Below are positions 11,195 to 24,989 of a stretch of 64,000 nucleotides of DNA, piece after piece. The notes beneath the pieces are model-generated. The model did not search any database. It was not told the DNA's origin and was given only the letters and a program-made list of their open reading frames with translations. The stretch lies in contig JAQFVV010000006.1 in the NCBI GenBank assembly GCA_028023455.1, forward strand, positions 2,480,001 to 2,544,000, in the 5' to 3' direction. The stretch is from Epiperipatus broadwayi (Eukaryota > Animalia > Onychophora). Both the position numbers and the translations under genes were made by a program. The first letter of the stretch is position 1, and each line of letters starts with the position of its first letter.

Positions 11195-12130
11195 TTAGTG
11201 ATTAAAACATTGAATCATCAAGGTATAGATGCAAGATATTGTCATATTCTGAAGAATATTTATCAAGACAACAGAAATGATTAACATTTGAGAAGGGTAT
11301 AAGACAGATTGATTTCATATCTCAAAAACTTTTTGCATTAGTTTTGCAAGAAGTAATTTATAGGTTAAATGGAAAGCTATGGAAATAAAAGTACATGGAG
11401 ATTATTTAAGTCACCTAAATTTTTCAGAAATCGTGATTGTTTTTGTGAATCATGCTTCAGAGCTTAAGGAAATGTTGCAAAAAGTGATCAAGGGAAAGTG
11501 AGTAGGACTAAAGATGAATGCTAAAAAGATTAAAGTAATATTCAATGAATTTTTAAATGAGAAGAAAATATTTATAATGATGAATTGTAAAAAGTTAACA
11601 ATTACAAATATCTTGGTCAGGTTATTAATAGAAATGGAAACATGATGAAAATAATCATAGAATTAAATTTGGATTGAGTACTTTTGGTAGAAATAATGTT
11701 AAAAAGAAATATGCTTGTTTGAAAAGAAACCTTTTAATAGATCTGTTTTGCCACTTTTTTACTTATGGATCTGAAACTTGGACAATTAACAGAAGAACAA
11801 TACACAGACTTCAGACCACTTGATGAAGTATGGAGAAATGCATAGTAGTAGTAATGGGAAGAGATAGCTGAAAGAACAAACAGTTGTTAATGGAATCATT
11901 GAAAGAATTAAGAGACTGAAGTGGAATTGGCTGGACAAATTGCTAGAAGAGATGATAGTTGAAATTGCAAACCAGATTTTAAGATGTAAAAGATTTAGAA
12001 AGCGACCACAGGTGAGATGAGTGTAACAAGGCCATGTGCCTGAGTGATGTGGAGAAGAGATGTTATTGAAGAAGATGATTGAACATGGAGAGACCTTTCA
12101 GTGGATTGATAATGGTGATGATGGTGATGA
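11195..12130 (+). mobile_element. RTE-clade LINE, decayed 3' ~1 kb
   Basis: Homologous to the RT C-terminal region at 13730-14720 (tatggatctgaaacttggaca = YGSETWT). Ends in a gat/ggt-type tail. Confidence 0.85.
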
Positions 12131-12646
12131 AGGATTTGTGATGGCACTTCCACAATTTTCTATTCTTTTATTTATTACTTGTCAAACCATGGGTAACTGA
12201 AACACTGGAGAATGTATTATTATGGGATGTTTAGAGAGCTACTATATATGATTAATGGCAAATTGGTTTTTTTTAATTGGCAACAAATCAGCTGTAATAT
12301 AAATATATTTTTGCCTACTCATGATAATTAAGTATAGTATATAGAATTATTTATGACTATTTGTTTTGTTTAAAGATATTTTAAATTTTATCGTTGGAGT
12401 CCGGTAATGAGAAATTATTAAAATTTCATTTTACAGGAAGTCATGCTCTGAAAATTTTTGACTTTAATAATGCTCTCATTCACTTTATATTTTAAATATT
12501 TTCCTTAATTTGTTTTTAAATTTTAGTTATATTTTTATTAATAAATAAAACCATTTAATTATGAAAGATTTGCAGGTGTGATTTTACTTCCTTTTTGCAT
12601 GTACTACTTTTTTCTATCAGACATCTTTAATTCACTTCACTTTAGA

Positions 12647-12745
12647 CGAGAGGTCAGTGCAGCCGCTTTGCAAGCAAGCAATTGGTTGCAGACAGTTGTT
12701 GTGGGTTCACCTTTTGGCCGATGCTATGACATATGAAATAATGTA
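12647..12745 (+). mobile_element. tRNA-Gly-derived SINE, decayed
   Basis: gaggtcagtgcagccgctttgcaagcaagc...ggttcaccttttggccgatgctatgacatatg. Confidence 0.65.
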
Positions 12746-13724
12746 AAAGTAAACATTTTTTAACTTTCTTAAAGTTTGTAAGTATAGGCTTGCATTATAT
12801 TACTGATAATAAAATGACAAATATTAATTTTTTTTTTTTATAAAAATGTTATAATACTTAATTGTGACCCACATTGCATCGATTATTAGAATTCAACTGA
12901 CTATATTACTTGTATTTGAAAAAGTTTATAGAAAAAAAGTATACACACTGCACATGTATATATTGTGTCACCTTGTAGATAATTCATTTTACTTCCCAAC
13001 CACATTTTTAAATTCATAGTATGGATTATAGTTTTTAATCCATTTTTTTTGTAATATTTGTATTTTTTAAAAAACTCACAGAGAATTCATTTACAAAATG
13101 ATTACAGGTATGCATAATTTTAATTATTATATGTTATGTTGTATCAAACATGCTTATTTTGATGCAAAACTACTTTTAATTAAAAAAAATAAAAAATAAG
13201 TTTATCACTACAATATTAGTTACATTTTTTAATCTTAGTTTTTAAAAGTTGGTCAAATAATAATATATGCAATATATATTATTTCATGCAACAATATATG
13301 TAATGTGCACATTCTATAAATTTACCAAATTCAATCAGTATAGGGATTTGAACTCAGGATTTTTAAGAGCTGGTTCTGCACAAAATGTGTATTGGGGATC
13401 CTGTATCTTTTTCATATATGTGTGATCATGTCTATTGGTTGCTTAAGATAGAGTGGAGAATGAATAGACTGAAAAATCCTGAGTTCAAATTCCTTTATTT
13501 ACATATATAAGAAACATTTATTGTAAGCAAATTCCATACTGCCTTAGAATTACAAATTCAGTCAATTATTGGATTTTGCCTTTTCATTTTTAACAATATT
13601 AAAATAAATACTTGAAATATTGTTATACAATTAATAATTATTAATAATTAATAATTATTTTCAACATTTGAAATCCTTTTAAGTGTATAAGAGATTCTAC
13701 TTTTCAGAAAAAAATTGTTTTTTC

Positions 13725-14720
13725 ATCATCATCATCACCCATTATCAGTCTACTGCAAGATGAAGGTTTTCCATCTTCTCTGATCTTTAGCTTCTCTTCT
13801 CCACAGCACCCCTGCACACTTTCTTATTTCATCCATCCATCTCACGTGGTCTCTTTCTGGGTCTTACAATGTTTAAGATTCCAATTGTCCATCTATTATC
13901 ATCTCTTCTAGCAATATGTCCAGCCCAACCCCACTTCAGTTTTTTAATTTTTTCAATGAGATCAGTAACACCTGTTTGTTCTCTTACCCATACATTGCGT
14001 TTTTGATCTCTTCTTGTTACTCCTAACATGCATCTTTCCATACTTCTTTGAGTGGTCTGAAGTCTCTGTATTGCTCTTCTATTAAGTGTCCAAGTCTCAG
14101 ATCCATAAGTAAGAACTGGTAAAACACATTTATTAAAAACCTTTCTTTTCAAACACATAGGCAGATTTCCTTTTAGTATCAAGTTATTTCTACCGAAAGC
14201 ACTCCAACCAAGTTTAATTCTATGATTAATTTCATCCATTATGTTTCCATTTGCATTAATAATCTGACCAAGGTATTTGTTACTGTTAACTTCTTCTAAT
14301 TCATCATAATCCATCTTTATGTTCACATTTTGAGCAAATTGATTAAACATTACTTTAGTCTTTTTAACATTTATCTTTAGTCCTACTTTTCTACTTTCAT
14401 CTGACATTTCTTGCAACTCTGAAGCATTATTTGGGAAAACAACTACATCATCTGCAAAATCTAAATGACTTATTTTAAATAATCTCCATTTACTTTCACT
14501 CCTTTAGTTTCTCATTTTAATCCACAAAATACTTCTTGCAGCACTGCTGTAAAAAGTTTTGAAGATATGGAGTCACCTTGTCTTACACCCTTCTCAATGT
14601 TGACTTTCCTAGTATCATTATGTAATCTAATTGTTGCTGTTGCATTTTTATAAATATTCTTTAAAATATGACAATATCCTGGATCTATACCTTGATGATC
14701 CAATGCTTTATGGAGCACTT
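13725..14720 (-). mobile_element. RTE-clade LINE 3' fragment (RT C-terminal half) with (GAT)n tail
   Basis: ORFs 14512-14718 (KGVRQGDSISSKLFTAVLQ) and 13829-14416 (GLKINVKKTKVM, YLGQII, CVLPVLTYGSETW, KWGWAGHIARR) are typical RTE RT. Tail catcatcatcatc at ~13727. Confidence 0.95.
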
Positions 14721-15479
14721 AATACTTTTTAACAATATATTATTAAGTTATGAGAAAATTGTGTTTTTAACATATGCATAAAAAAGTCCATAAACATTAT
14801 AGTAACTAACTTCTTAAAATATATTTACTTGCTATTTAATTTTGAAACAATATAATTATAGAAATATAATAAATAAGTACATTTTCTTTAATAAACACAT
14901 GAACATATTAAGTCTGAATGTCTATTTCCAAATACACTGAAAAATACTTTTTTTTTTCAAGAGAGTATTGTTTAACTGAAATAACTACTTCAGAAGTTTC
15001 ATAATTGACTGATTAACATTATTATATGCATAAATATTACCACTAAGTTAATGTTTTAGGGCCTTTTTATTTTCAGAGAATTAACAGAATTATCAATAGT
15101 TTATCTTTGATATTTCCTTGTCTAATTTTACACAGGTAAGTTAAGGTTTGTGGAGCTCATCCCAGCTAAGGAAAGTAAAAAAAATATCAGTTTGATCAAA
15201 TGGGTGATGCTATTTTTCTTAGACTATTGCTGGTAGTCAAACAACTGTATCTTAGAAAAGTAAATGTAAATAATTTGAAGCTTAAAATACATGCTTAACT
15301 TTTATATATGTAGTATTTTGTTTGTTTAGAGTTAGTAGCAAAGTAAAATTATTTTTTAACATAATTACTGTTTAAAATGTTTTTAAAATTACTACATATA
15401 ATGGAAGTCTTTTAAAATTGTTTGGTTATTAATATTATAATGGAATTAAAAATATTTTTGTCTCAGCCTTCACTAATAT

Positions 15480-15640
15480 AAAGATATAGGGTATATGAGC
15501 ACGGACTTTCATGTAACCCATCACTCTATCTCATATCACTGATACACTTGAATGCATATATGTCAAAAACAAATGAGATAGAATAGTGAGTGGTGGATCA
15601 TGTGAAAGTCTGGACTTATATACCCTATATATTATATATA
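15480..15640. repeat. Hairpin made of two inverted ends of the family-A tRNA-like segment; similar hairpins at 13320-13510, 22005-22170 and 24835-24985
   Basis: gactttca...atctcata ... tatgagat...tgaaagtc arms, some with a B-box-like GAGTTCRAATCCC. Confidence 0.7.
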
Positions 15641-16237
15641 TTGATACAGATATATAATAAGCCTATATTTCAATTAATATAAAGATAGAAAGTTTTTTCT
15701 GTCTGACTATGTGAGTTTTTAATCTTTAAAAAAACATTAATAATCATAAAAATAAAAGGTATTTTTATTTATTAATAAAAATGTTATTGAACAAAATATA
15801 TATATATATAAAATGAAAAAATAATTTTTCAATTTGATAAACATAACTTTAAAAATTTCCATCACATGTAAATAGTTATTGTATTTACAAATAAATTCTT
15901 ATCCTTTGATTATATCTGCTATCTAGGAACAAAAACTACATTAGAGATTTATTATCATTTCAAATAAACATAAGTGGTACAAAACAAGTAATATCAATTT
16001 AGGTAAATGGTACAAAACTATACTAAATAAGTAAGATGAGTTTAGGACATATAACCACTGTAAACAAAATATAAAAGGCAAAATCACTCTACATTGAATC
16101 CATAATAATCTTGGAAAGATTTAGCTCTTATATCCCACTATCCAATTTAGTGCAGTGTCAAAGGAGAAATTTAAGATCTAAGAAATGTGAAAAAATCTGA
16201 TCAATTAGACAGGAGTTTTGTATTATATACATCACTT

Positions 16238-16345
16238 TTTTTTTCATATGTCATAGCATCGGCCGGGACGCGAACCCACAACTGTCTGCAACCAACTACT
16301 TGCTTGCATGGCGGCTGCGATACCTCTCGGCTAACAACGCAAGAC
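16238..16345 (-). mobile_element. tRNA-Gly-derived SINE
   Basis: catatgtcatagcatcggccgggacgcgaacc family signature. Confidence 0.8.
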
Positions 16346-17214
16346 TATATACATCACTTTGATGCTCAAACAACATAAGTGACAAATGTATGCAATTACA
16401 TGTATATACACAGCTTTTATTATTTTATTGCAATATTTTTTTATATATATATTTTAAATTATATTACAGTAGCTCTTTTTTTTTTATCTTTTCTGCATTG
16501 ATAGCTCCACTATCCATGTTTAGTTACAGTTTGAAAAAGTATTAAAAAAAATACACAATCTTCACTTTGAATCTTTAAATTTCCATCTGTCTGAGCGTAC
16601 AATGAAGCAGCTCTACTCTTCACCCATAATTGTTTTTCTTTGTTGATTTACTACTATATATTTTTTTTGTAACCTTAATTTTTTTGTGTTTATTATTTTT
16701 GATAAGGTCTGCATGTGTAGATTTTAAAAATTGAATTATATTATAGATGCGCATTTATATGCTAAACATGAATTGGTTACTGGTATTCCTGGTTTCAGCT
16801 ATCCATAGAAAGGCTGGGAGTGAAACAGGCAATGGATGCAGAGGGATTATTGACATGTAATCCGCACAATTTTAAAACAAAATTTATTTATTTTATTTTT
16901 GTTATCTATTATGTATATGATTAAAAATAGGCTTGAAATATCTCACTGGAGAGAAAAAATGTTCTCAGCAATTTTTAAGATGGAGCTGGCAAATATTGCA
17001 AGTGAGGGGGAGGAGTGAAGTTTTGAATGTTTGTATTTTCCCATACAGCTTAGAATAGCTACATAATGTTTAATTGCCTTGATTACATAGATGATAATCT
17101 TAAACTTTTCTAATAATCTTCATCTAGTTGGGTAAAAGAATAATTACAATTTTAAAAGTTACACAATTATGGTGTAAAAATAATGACCATTATGCATTAA
17201 CTGCAAATATCATT

Positions 17215-17625
17215 TATATTAAATGGATTATGTCCTGTACATGAGGGGTCAGATTGACCTTGGGTCAACATGAGTGTGACAAGCATCTCAGCCTCAGGGT
17301 GGCCTTTGAACATTCCATCAGATTTTCAATTAGGTGGATGGTTGAAGAGTTGGAGTGTGGAGTAGATTGAAGCCTGTCCATTAAAATATGAGGTTTGGCT
17401 ATCTTAATATATATCTGAGCACTTATAGCATATATATGTAGAGATGGTAATCTGGACCAACTGATGATTGCTGGTTTAGCATGAAATACGTATATTGGTG
17501 ATTATTTATCTTTTCACCATATATGTGTTCAAGTGTATTAGTGTTATGAGACAGTGTGGAGAGTAGTGGGTCATGTGAAAGTCTGTGCTCATATATCCTA
17601 TATATTACATATATAGACAGGTATA
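17215..17625 (+). mobile_element. Family-A HHR-containing SINE/retrozyme-like element; HHR at 17456-17499
   Basis: ACCAA CTGATGA TTGCTG gtt TAGCAT GAAA TACGTAT A TTGGT, with palindromic helix III ATACGTAT. Closely similar to 53085-53470. Confidence 0.85.
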
Positions 17626-17705
17626 TAATAAGTTTGTGTGTTTCAGTTATATCATTAGTTATTGTGGCTGCACCACCATGAAGTACTTTGTGTGCATATC
17701 TAGTG

Positions 17706-19171
17706 TAGTGATTCCCAACCTGTGGTCCTAATACTCCCAGGGTACATGGTGAACTAGTTGGGACACATGAAGATAATATTGGTAATGGAGGAAAACACCA
17801 AAAAAGGAATTAAAATAAAAAACACAAAAAAAAATTGAAAAATTTTGATTTACAAAAGTTGCTCATATGAAAGTTGTCATGAAACTACCCACAACTAGGC
17901 ATGTTGTGTGATTGTGCATACATTCACCCTATCTTTGTCAAAAACGATCATTGTGTTTGAAAATGGTCTATCATTTTAGTGTCTAATTGTGTGTCAAATG
18001 AGTAATACGTATTAAATCTATTCAACAAATTGTTTTTCAACAAGCCAAAAAACTCAATTCCTGAAGAAAAAACATTGATTGGATTTTCGATGGATTCTTT
18101 TTTATACTGTGATTTAAAAAAAAAGAAAAAAAATATCATTAACTTTTGGGCAGCAGGGACAAAAGAGCACCAGGAATTCAGTGATAAAGCAATAAAATGT
18201 TTATTACCTTTCATGAACACAGAGCTTGTCGTGCATTCTCGTCTTATGTGTATATTAAGAATAAATATTGCAATGCTGGATAGACAGAGATTATGTCTAT
18301 TTGAACCTGGTTTTAAAAAACTAGGATCCATGAAACAAGCTCAAGGATCGCATTAAAATTATTAAGAGCCATGTTGAATTAATTAAAAAATTGTTAAATA
18401 TAAAATCAAAAATAAAAGTCAATAAATGTCATTAGATTAATGTGAATCGTTTTATTATTTAGATATATGAATTTTTTTTCTACAATACAGGCTTTTTCAT
18501 ATCTGCACTCCAATATGTAATGTATAAGGGGTTTGAACTCAGACTTTCACATGACTCTCAACTACCCACGCTATCTCATACTGCTGATACACTTGATCAC
18601 ACACATATTGAAAAGATAAATAATCACCAATATAATATTTTGTGCTAAACCAGCACTTGTCAGGTGGTCCAGAATATCTCCACTCCATCAATGCTTAGCT
18701 TATATTAAGATAGCCAGTCTTCATATTTTAATTGAGAGGTTTCAATCCACTCCAACCTCTAATTCTTAGCCATCCATGCCATTGAAAATCTGATAGTGGA
18801 ATGCTCAAAGCCTACATTGGTGCCAACCTTCTCATCCTACCCATATTTACCATAAGTCACTCTGACCCCTCATGTACAGGACGTAATCCATTAATATACA
18901 TATATGAGGGATGGGCAGACCTTACAGCACTATATTTTAATATATGAATTTTTTCTACAGCACAGGCTCTTTCGTACCTGCACTCCAATATGTAATATAT
19001 AGGTGGTTTGAACTCAGACTTTCACACGACCCTTAAAAAAATTTGAAAAAAAAAAACTTTTTTGAGGAATGGATGAAGATAATTAAGAGAGGGGATACTT
19101 GTCAATGGATACTTGAGAGGGAAAAAGCTAATCAAGGGGTTCGCGAGAGAAAAAAAGGTTGGGATTTTCTG
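17706..19171 (+). mobile_element. Internally deleted Buster-type hAT transposon with a nested family-A insertion
   Basis: TIR-like ends tagtgattcccaacct / aggttgggattttctg. 8-bp TSD atctagtg / atctagag (NNNTANNN). ORF 18030-18356 ends FW...FSDKAIKCLLPF...KQAQGSH, a Buster/ZBED5-type C-terminus. Confidence 0.85.
18460..19020 (-). mobile_element. Family-A element with terminal direct repeat (period ~480-500 bp); decayed HHR ~18627-18672
   Basis: 18460-18560 is repeated at ~18940-19020. Minus strand reads ctggaccacctgacaagtgctggtttagcacaaaatattatattggt. Confidence 0.75.
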
Positions 19172-19989
19172 ATCTAGAGGGTTAAATAATTAATAATGTT
19201 GTTGATTCACTGTTGTGTGTCTTATAGTTTTAGTTGATAATTCATTTACTGACTAGTCATCCTACCCATATTCAGCTAAATTTCTAAAATATATTCGAAA
19301 TTTTTCTTATACTTTTGACATAATTTATTTAAGAGTATAATTTAGAATATCTAATAAACATCACTACTTGGAAAGAGAAAATGTAATGCGTTGGTATGTG
19401 TTGTGCCCAAGTTAAACTACTTACTGTAGCTTACTACAGAATATAAAAACAAAGGTTGAAAAAATAAGTCTACCTAACAATCCACATTGCTATATGAAAA
19501 TAAAAGAGCCTATAATGTTTTCAACCCAATCAAAAAAAGAAAAACGAACCTCGGTATCCAATTTTAAATCATTGTTTCCAGATTGATAATATCATTTTCT
19601 ATTACTATCTCATGGTATTGTTTTTTGTTAATAATTAAAAATTCATCTGTTTGTTAAATTTTTCACTCTTATTTTTTATCATTCGCTATTTTTGTTTTTA
19701 AAAAAACAGATTTGAAAATTGTTTTTAACATTATTTAATTAATAAAATAAAAACCTTTATTGTAATTGTCACAAGGCATTGTTGTTATTGAATGGAGTAT
19801 TAATTGTTAGAGACATGTCATTAAATTAATCATTTGAGTAGTTTTTGTTATCTGTTTAATTGTAAATTACAAAAACATTACATATATGAAAGTGAATTCA
19901 TTCATATTTTGCGAGCAATAATTTAACATATTGCCTTTTTTTAACACTAGAAGTACTGTATATATGTGCATGTTTTAGATATAATTAAA

Positions 19990-20360
19990 ACAATATAGGG
20001 GATTTTAACTCAGACTTTCAAGCAACCTTCAACTATCCACAATATCTCATGCTGCTGAGGCACAGGACCACACACGTAGAAAAAATAAATAATCACCAAT
20101 ATATGTATTTTGTGCTAAACCAGCACTCATCAGTTGGTCCAGATTATCATCTCCCATATATATATAATCAGTGCTCAGTTAATATTAAGATAGCAAATCT
20201 TTGTCTTTGTACTTTAATGGACAGGCTTCAATCTGCTCCAACTCTTCAGCCATCCATACCATTGAAAATCTGATGATAAAATGCTCAAATCCCATGCTGA
20301 TGCGAATATTGTTGTTATGCCCATGTTGACTTCAAGTCACTTAAATCCCCCATATTTACA
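19990..20360 (-). mobile_element. Family-A element; HHR at 20095-20138
   Basis: Minus strand ACCAA CTGATGA GTGCTG gtt TAGCAC AAAA TACATAT A TTGGT (G12 lost at a CpG). Confidence 0.8.
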
Positions 20361-20694
20361 ATTAAGTTCCAGGTGTGAGAATGCCTGTATTTCAAATCTT
20401 ACATAATTAAAAGAGGATTAAGTCATCTGGAAAACGTACATCATTTGAGGATGCTAAACATGCACTCTTTCAGTTAACCCAGGTCAATCTCATATATATC
20501 TTCATTTTTTGCTTAGTATTTATTAAATAGCAAATTCATTTCAAGGGTCAAACTTTCAGCACTCATAATTTTGATACTAACAACTTTAGATCAATAAATT
20601 AAAGCTAGACTAGAGATTAGTATATCATTTCTGGTTTTGATATAAATTTTGAAGTTCAAAGATTAATATACCTGATTTATATTTAGATGTAAAC

Positions 20695-21200
20695 ATGTGA
20701 AATAATTCTAAACTAAAATAAAAAGCATGCTAATAGCTCTAACAACCTTTATCAATAAATGTGGCAAGAGAAAGCATTTTAAAATCTCTATCTAGAAAGT
20801 ATCCACTTACCGGTTTCATACAATTGGCTTTCCTCAGTGAGGCACTGAATATTTCAGACACTAGATCTAAAATACCAACTCAAAGCCAGCACTTATGTGA
20901 TAGTTAACTTTTAAATAGAAAATATGAAAGTTTCAGACACCTATATGTCTTCAAATCTAGCTATCTAACTTAAATAGTAATATGGGGTTGAGAAATCTTC
21001 AGCCATACCATTAATAGCCTTAGCAGTATATATATATATATATATATGGTACTGTCTGGAATATCTTAGCACCTCATTGAGGAAAGCTAATAGCTTGAAA
21101 CCGGTCTGAGAATGGGGATAATTTCTAGATAGAGATTTTAAATGCTTTCTCTTGCAGCATTTATCAATAAAGCTTCTTAGAGCTATTAGTATGCTCTTTG
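20695..21200. mobile_element. Older fold-back pLTR element related to 4441-5565; HHRs at 21073-21110 (+) and ~20803-20843 (-)
   Basis: CTCA (C/T)TGAGGA AAGC taata GCTT GAAA CCGGT C TGAG, with palindromic helix III ACCGGT and a GUC triplet. Shares actagatctaaaa and tttcagac..gtcttcaaa with 4600-4700. Confidence 0.8.
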
Positions 21201-24200
21201 TTTTAGTTTATAATTACAAGATTATCAAATTAAGTCACATAATGTATGACTTTATTTTATTTACTATGTGAAATAATTCATCTCTCTTTCTCTGTGTGTA
21301 ATATTTTTTGTATCCCATGTGCATATGAATAATGATATCTGAAAAAGGAAAATGATACCGAAGTAAATAAATATATTGTAAAAAAAAAACATTTTATTTT
21401 TATAAAAAGAACCATCTAGGATTTAAAGTAAAAGCATCAATATGGGTGTGGCGCCTTCTCATCCACCAGCAGTGCAAGTGCAATCATATTGTTCTCAGGT
21501 TTATTCTGTCAATCCCATTCTCATCTAAAATGGAATCTTTATTCTTTAGCTAATATTAGCTTGACACCCATTTAACAAATAACAACAGAGGATTAACTGG
21601 GATGGTTATAGGTCATCAACTTGAAAGAAAAATTCTAAACCTTCTGTCGCCAGAAAAAGAAATTAAAGTTCACCTGCATAGGTTTGAACTTCATATCATG
21701 AACTTTAATTTAATTAATGTTTTCGTAAATTTTTTAAAAAAAGAATATTTAAAAATATTGATATATCATAAAGAATAAGAAAAGTTTGATGATAAAATTG
21801 GAGTGTGTGAAATATTTTATAAAAGTAAGAAAGATCTACTTTAAAGAAATTAGGGGGGGGGGGGCAATTGGAAGTTAGTTTAAGATGAATAATTGTAGCA
21901 ATTTCTTAGAAAAAATTGGAATAAAGCAGCTAATCAGTATCTGTATATATGCAGTCTATTTTTGAGTCAAAAATTATACGAAATTCAGAGAAATTATACA
22001 ATATTGGTATTGACATGACCCACTACTCTCAGTGCCATCTCATATTGCTGACCCACCTGATCACACACATAACGGGTGTTATCGGGTGGGTCAGCAATAT
22101 GAGATGGCACTGATAGTAGTGGGTCATGTGAAAGTCTGAGTTCGAATCCCGCACATATTACATATGTAAATGCATAAACGTTTAAGCCTGTAGTATGTAT
22201 TAATATTGGTATTGGTAAGAATTTGAACATGACATTTCATTTGTTGATTAGAACAATCATTTGTTTTTTGAAACTTAACCAAGAGATTATAATTAGCTTT
22301 TAATTATCTAAAGATAAGCTGTATTTTTTTAAAGGATTTGTTTATTTATCATTAATGATAATTAGTTTTGCATGCACATATGTGTAATTGTTAGACTGGC
22401 TCTCCAATTTTCACCTGATCTCTTGATATTCTGAACACAGGCACCTTTGAAAATTTATTCCTGATTACAGTTGTGATAAATATTAGTCAAATTAATATGA
22501 ATGTAAATTGAATTGACTACCATGCATGGTAATTATTTCTATCTCCAAAACATACTTTGAATGTAGAATGAAAATATACCTTGTTAAATAATCATTTAAG
22601 TAATTGATTTTAATTCCGTTTATTGACTCTGATATTACATTGTGTATATTTCATCTTTCACACTAACATAAATCACATACAATCTTCTTAATACAAGTAA
22701 TATTTTAGCCTATTCTTATCAGTGGTTAATAATGAATACATTTTGGTACAATTGAATAATGGATGTTTTTTTGACAGTGGTCTTCTATTGTCAAACTTTG
22801 GCTATTATACAAGGGGATATTAAAAAATAATTGGAATCATTCTCCAGAGGGTGAGAGCACTGTGTTAGATGCTTCTGTTAGATGCCTCTTGTAGGGACCT
22901 CCTGCACGGTCTGACACCCATCATCATCTTGAGAAATTGCATTGTCATAAAAGTTTTTGTTAATGTGCCTCACTTACTTGTCAAATTTTGTAATGGCTGA
23001 AAAGTTGCGACAACTTGAAAATTCCATTGTTTTTTTTTTAGGGGAAATAGCAGGGGAAACAGTTATAATATATGAAACAGCTTACAAGTAAACTGCTCTG
23101 GAAAAAACACTAGTTTATGAGTGAGTTAATGGAAGTATTAAATTTATCACATCCCGAAAAAGCATAATAAATATCAAGAGAATGCTGGGTTTACATTTAA
23201 GAAATGCTATATGTAACAGAATCATTAAGAGGTGAAGTTAATGTCATACTAAAATGCAAGAATTATCTGTGATTAAGTTCATTTATGACAGTGGTATGCA
23301 TGAATTTATTAGGCAACTACTATTAGCTGGATTCCCGCATATTACTGGCACATCCCTAAACAAGCTTTAATCTGTTTCAAATTTATTTTCTAAACAGCGT
23401 ATTGAATTAATGACATTTCTTAACAGCCTAATTAAAATTTTTGTCAGCTTAAAAAATAAGAATAATAATTTAAATTTTTACAGATTGAATCTCAGTAGAG
23501 GTTATTTCATGTAGATTTTGCAATTTAGGGTGTTAATGATTGCACTGCAAGCACTATATCTTCTCCACATTGTTTTAAGTCTTTGTATAACCTTATCTTG
23601 CCATCCACAGTCTTATTTTACAATTAGTTGGGAAAAAATCTGAAGATGTCAGCATTATATGGACTTTTTAAATAGGGGCAATATCCTAATTTGCATAATA
23701 ATGCCATGAGGGAGTGCATTACAATCACTACATCTCTACATTGTTTTAAGCCTTTTTATAACCTACCTTACCATCCAAAATCTTTTGATATAGTTATGAT
23801 TTTACAATTATTAGTTGAAAAAAATCAGATGTCAGCATTATATGGACTTCTTAGACCAGGGCAGGAGGTAGCCCTATATGACAATAGAAATGACAATTTC
23901 TGATTGGTAGAACATTTTAGCTAGAGAGCAAATAATTGAATAATTTAGATTTATAAACAAAAATTATACTTTTCAGTAATTTATAAACAAATTAAAGATT
24001 GTTGGACAATATTTTTTAAAACCAAAAACTATGTCACTAATAGGAGATTTCTTTGAAAATAACTTTTTTCTTAAAGAGTTTGTTATGGCAACTGGAAGCA
24101 AGTTCTTTTGTGTAAAATAAAATCACTTTTGTCAAAATGGTTTAATAACAAATATTATATTAACTTTCTTTCGTTGATGATAACTAATCCTAACTATGTT

Positions 24201-24989
24201 CTTTTTTTAATAACATAAAATTTAAATATCTAATATTTCATTTTACTAACTTTTTGAATAGATAATTATGTCCTATTACTCTAAGCACCATTTTTATAGA
24301 TAAGAACTCCACTTAAAAATTTATTTTCATATTTTGTAAACATCAAATATTAACATTTAAAATCACTATCATTTGAAAGCTTTCATTTGTAATAAATAAT
24401 GTTAAAATTAATTGAATTGAAAAAATAAAATGTTCAAATATGGAAGATATATACAGCCATATTTCACTTGAGCTCATTCAAATTAGAAAAGTGGACTTTT
24501 CTTCTAGACATGTTAACCCAAAGCTATTTTTTAAACATTACAAATTTTCATTTTACCAAATTATTTTTACCTAAAGATCATGGATTTTAAATGAAGTCAT
24601 TTATCTCATGAATAAGAAAATTGCACAAATAATGTATCATAGTCTATAATATTTTTACTCATTTTCACGTTAATATTTTACAGATAAATCATAATTACAA
24701 ACTCTTGACTTTATAGGTCATATAAATATTAATAGAACACCTGCATATTACATCATTTTTAAACTTTATTTTACCCTAAATAAATAAGATTTGAAATACC
24801 TGGCACTTTTAAACCTGGAGCCTAATTTTAAATATAGGGGATTTGAACTCAGACTTTCAACCCACTTCACTATCCATAGTACTGATACACATGACAACAC
24901 TGCATGTGTGTGGACATATGTATCAGTAGTATGAGATAGTGTTGATAGTGAAGTGATTTGAAAGTCTGAGTTCAAATCCCCTAAATTTA

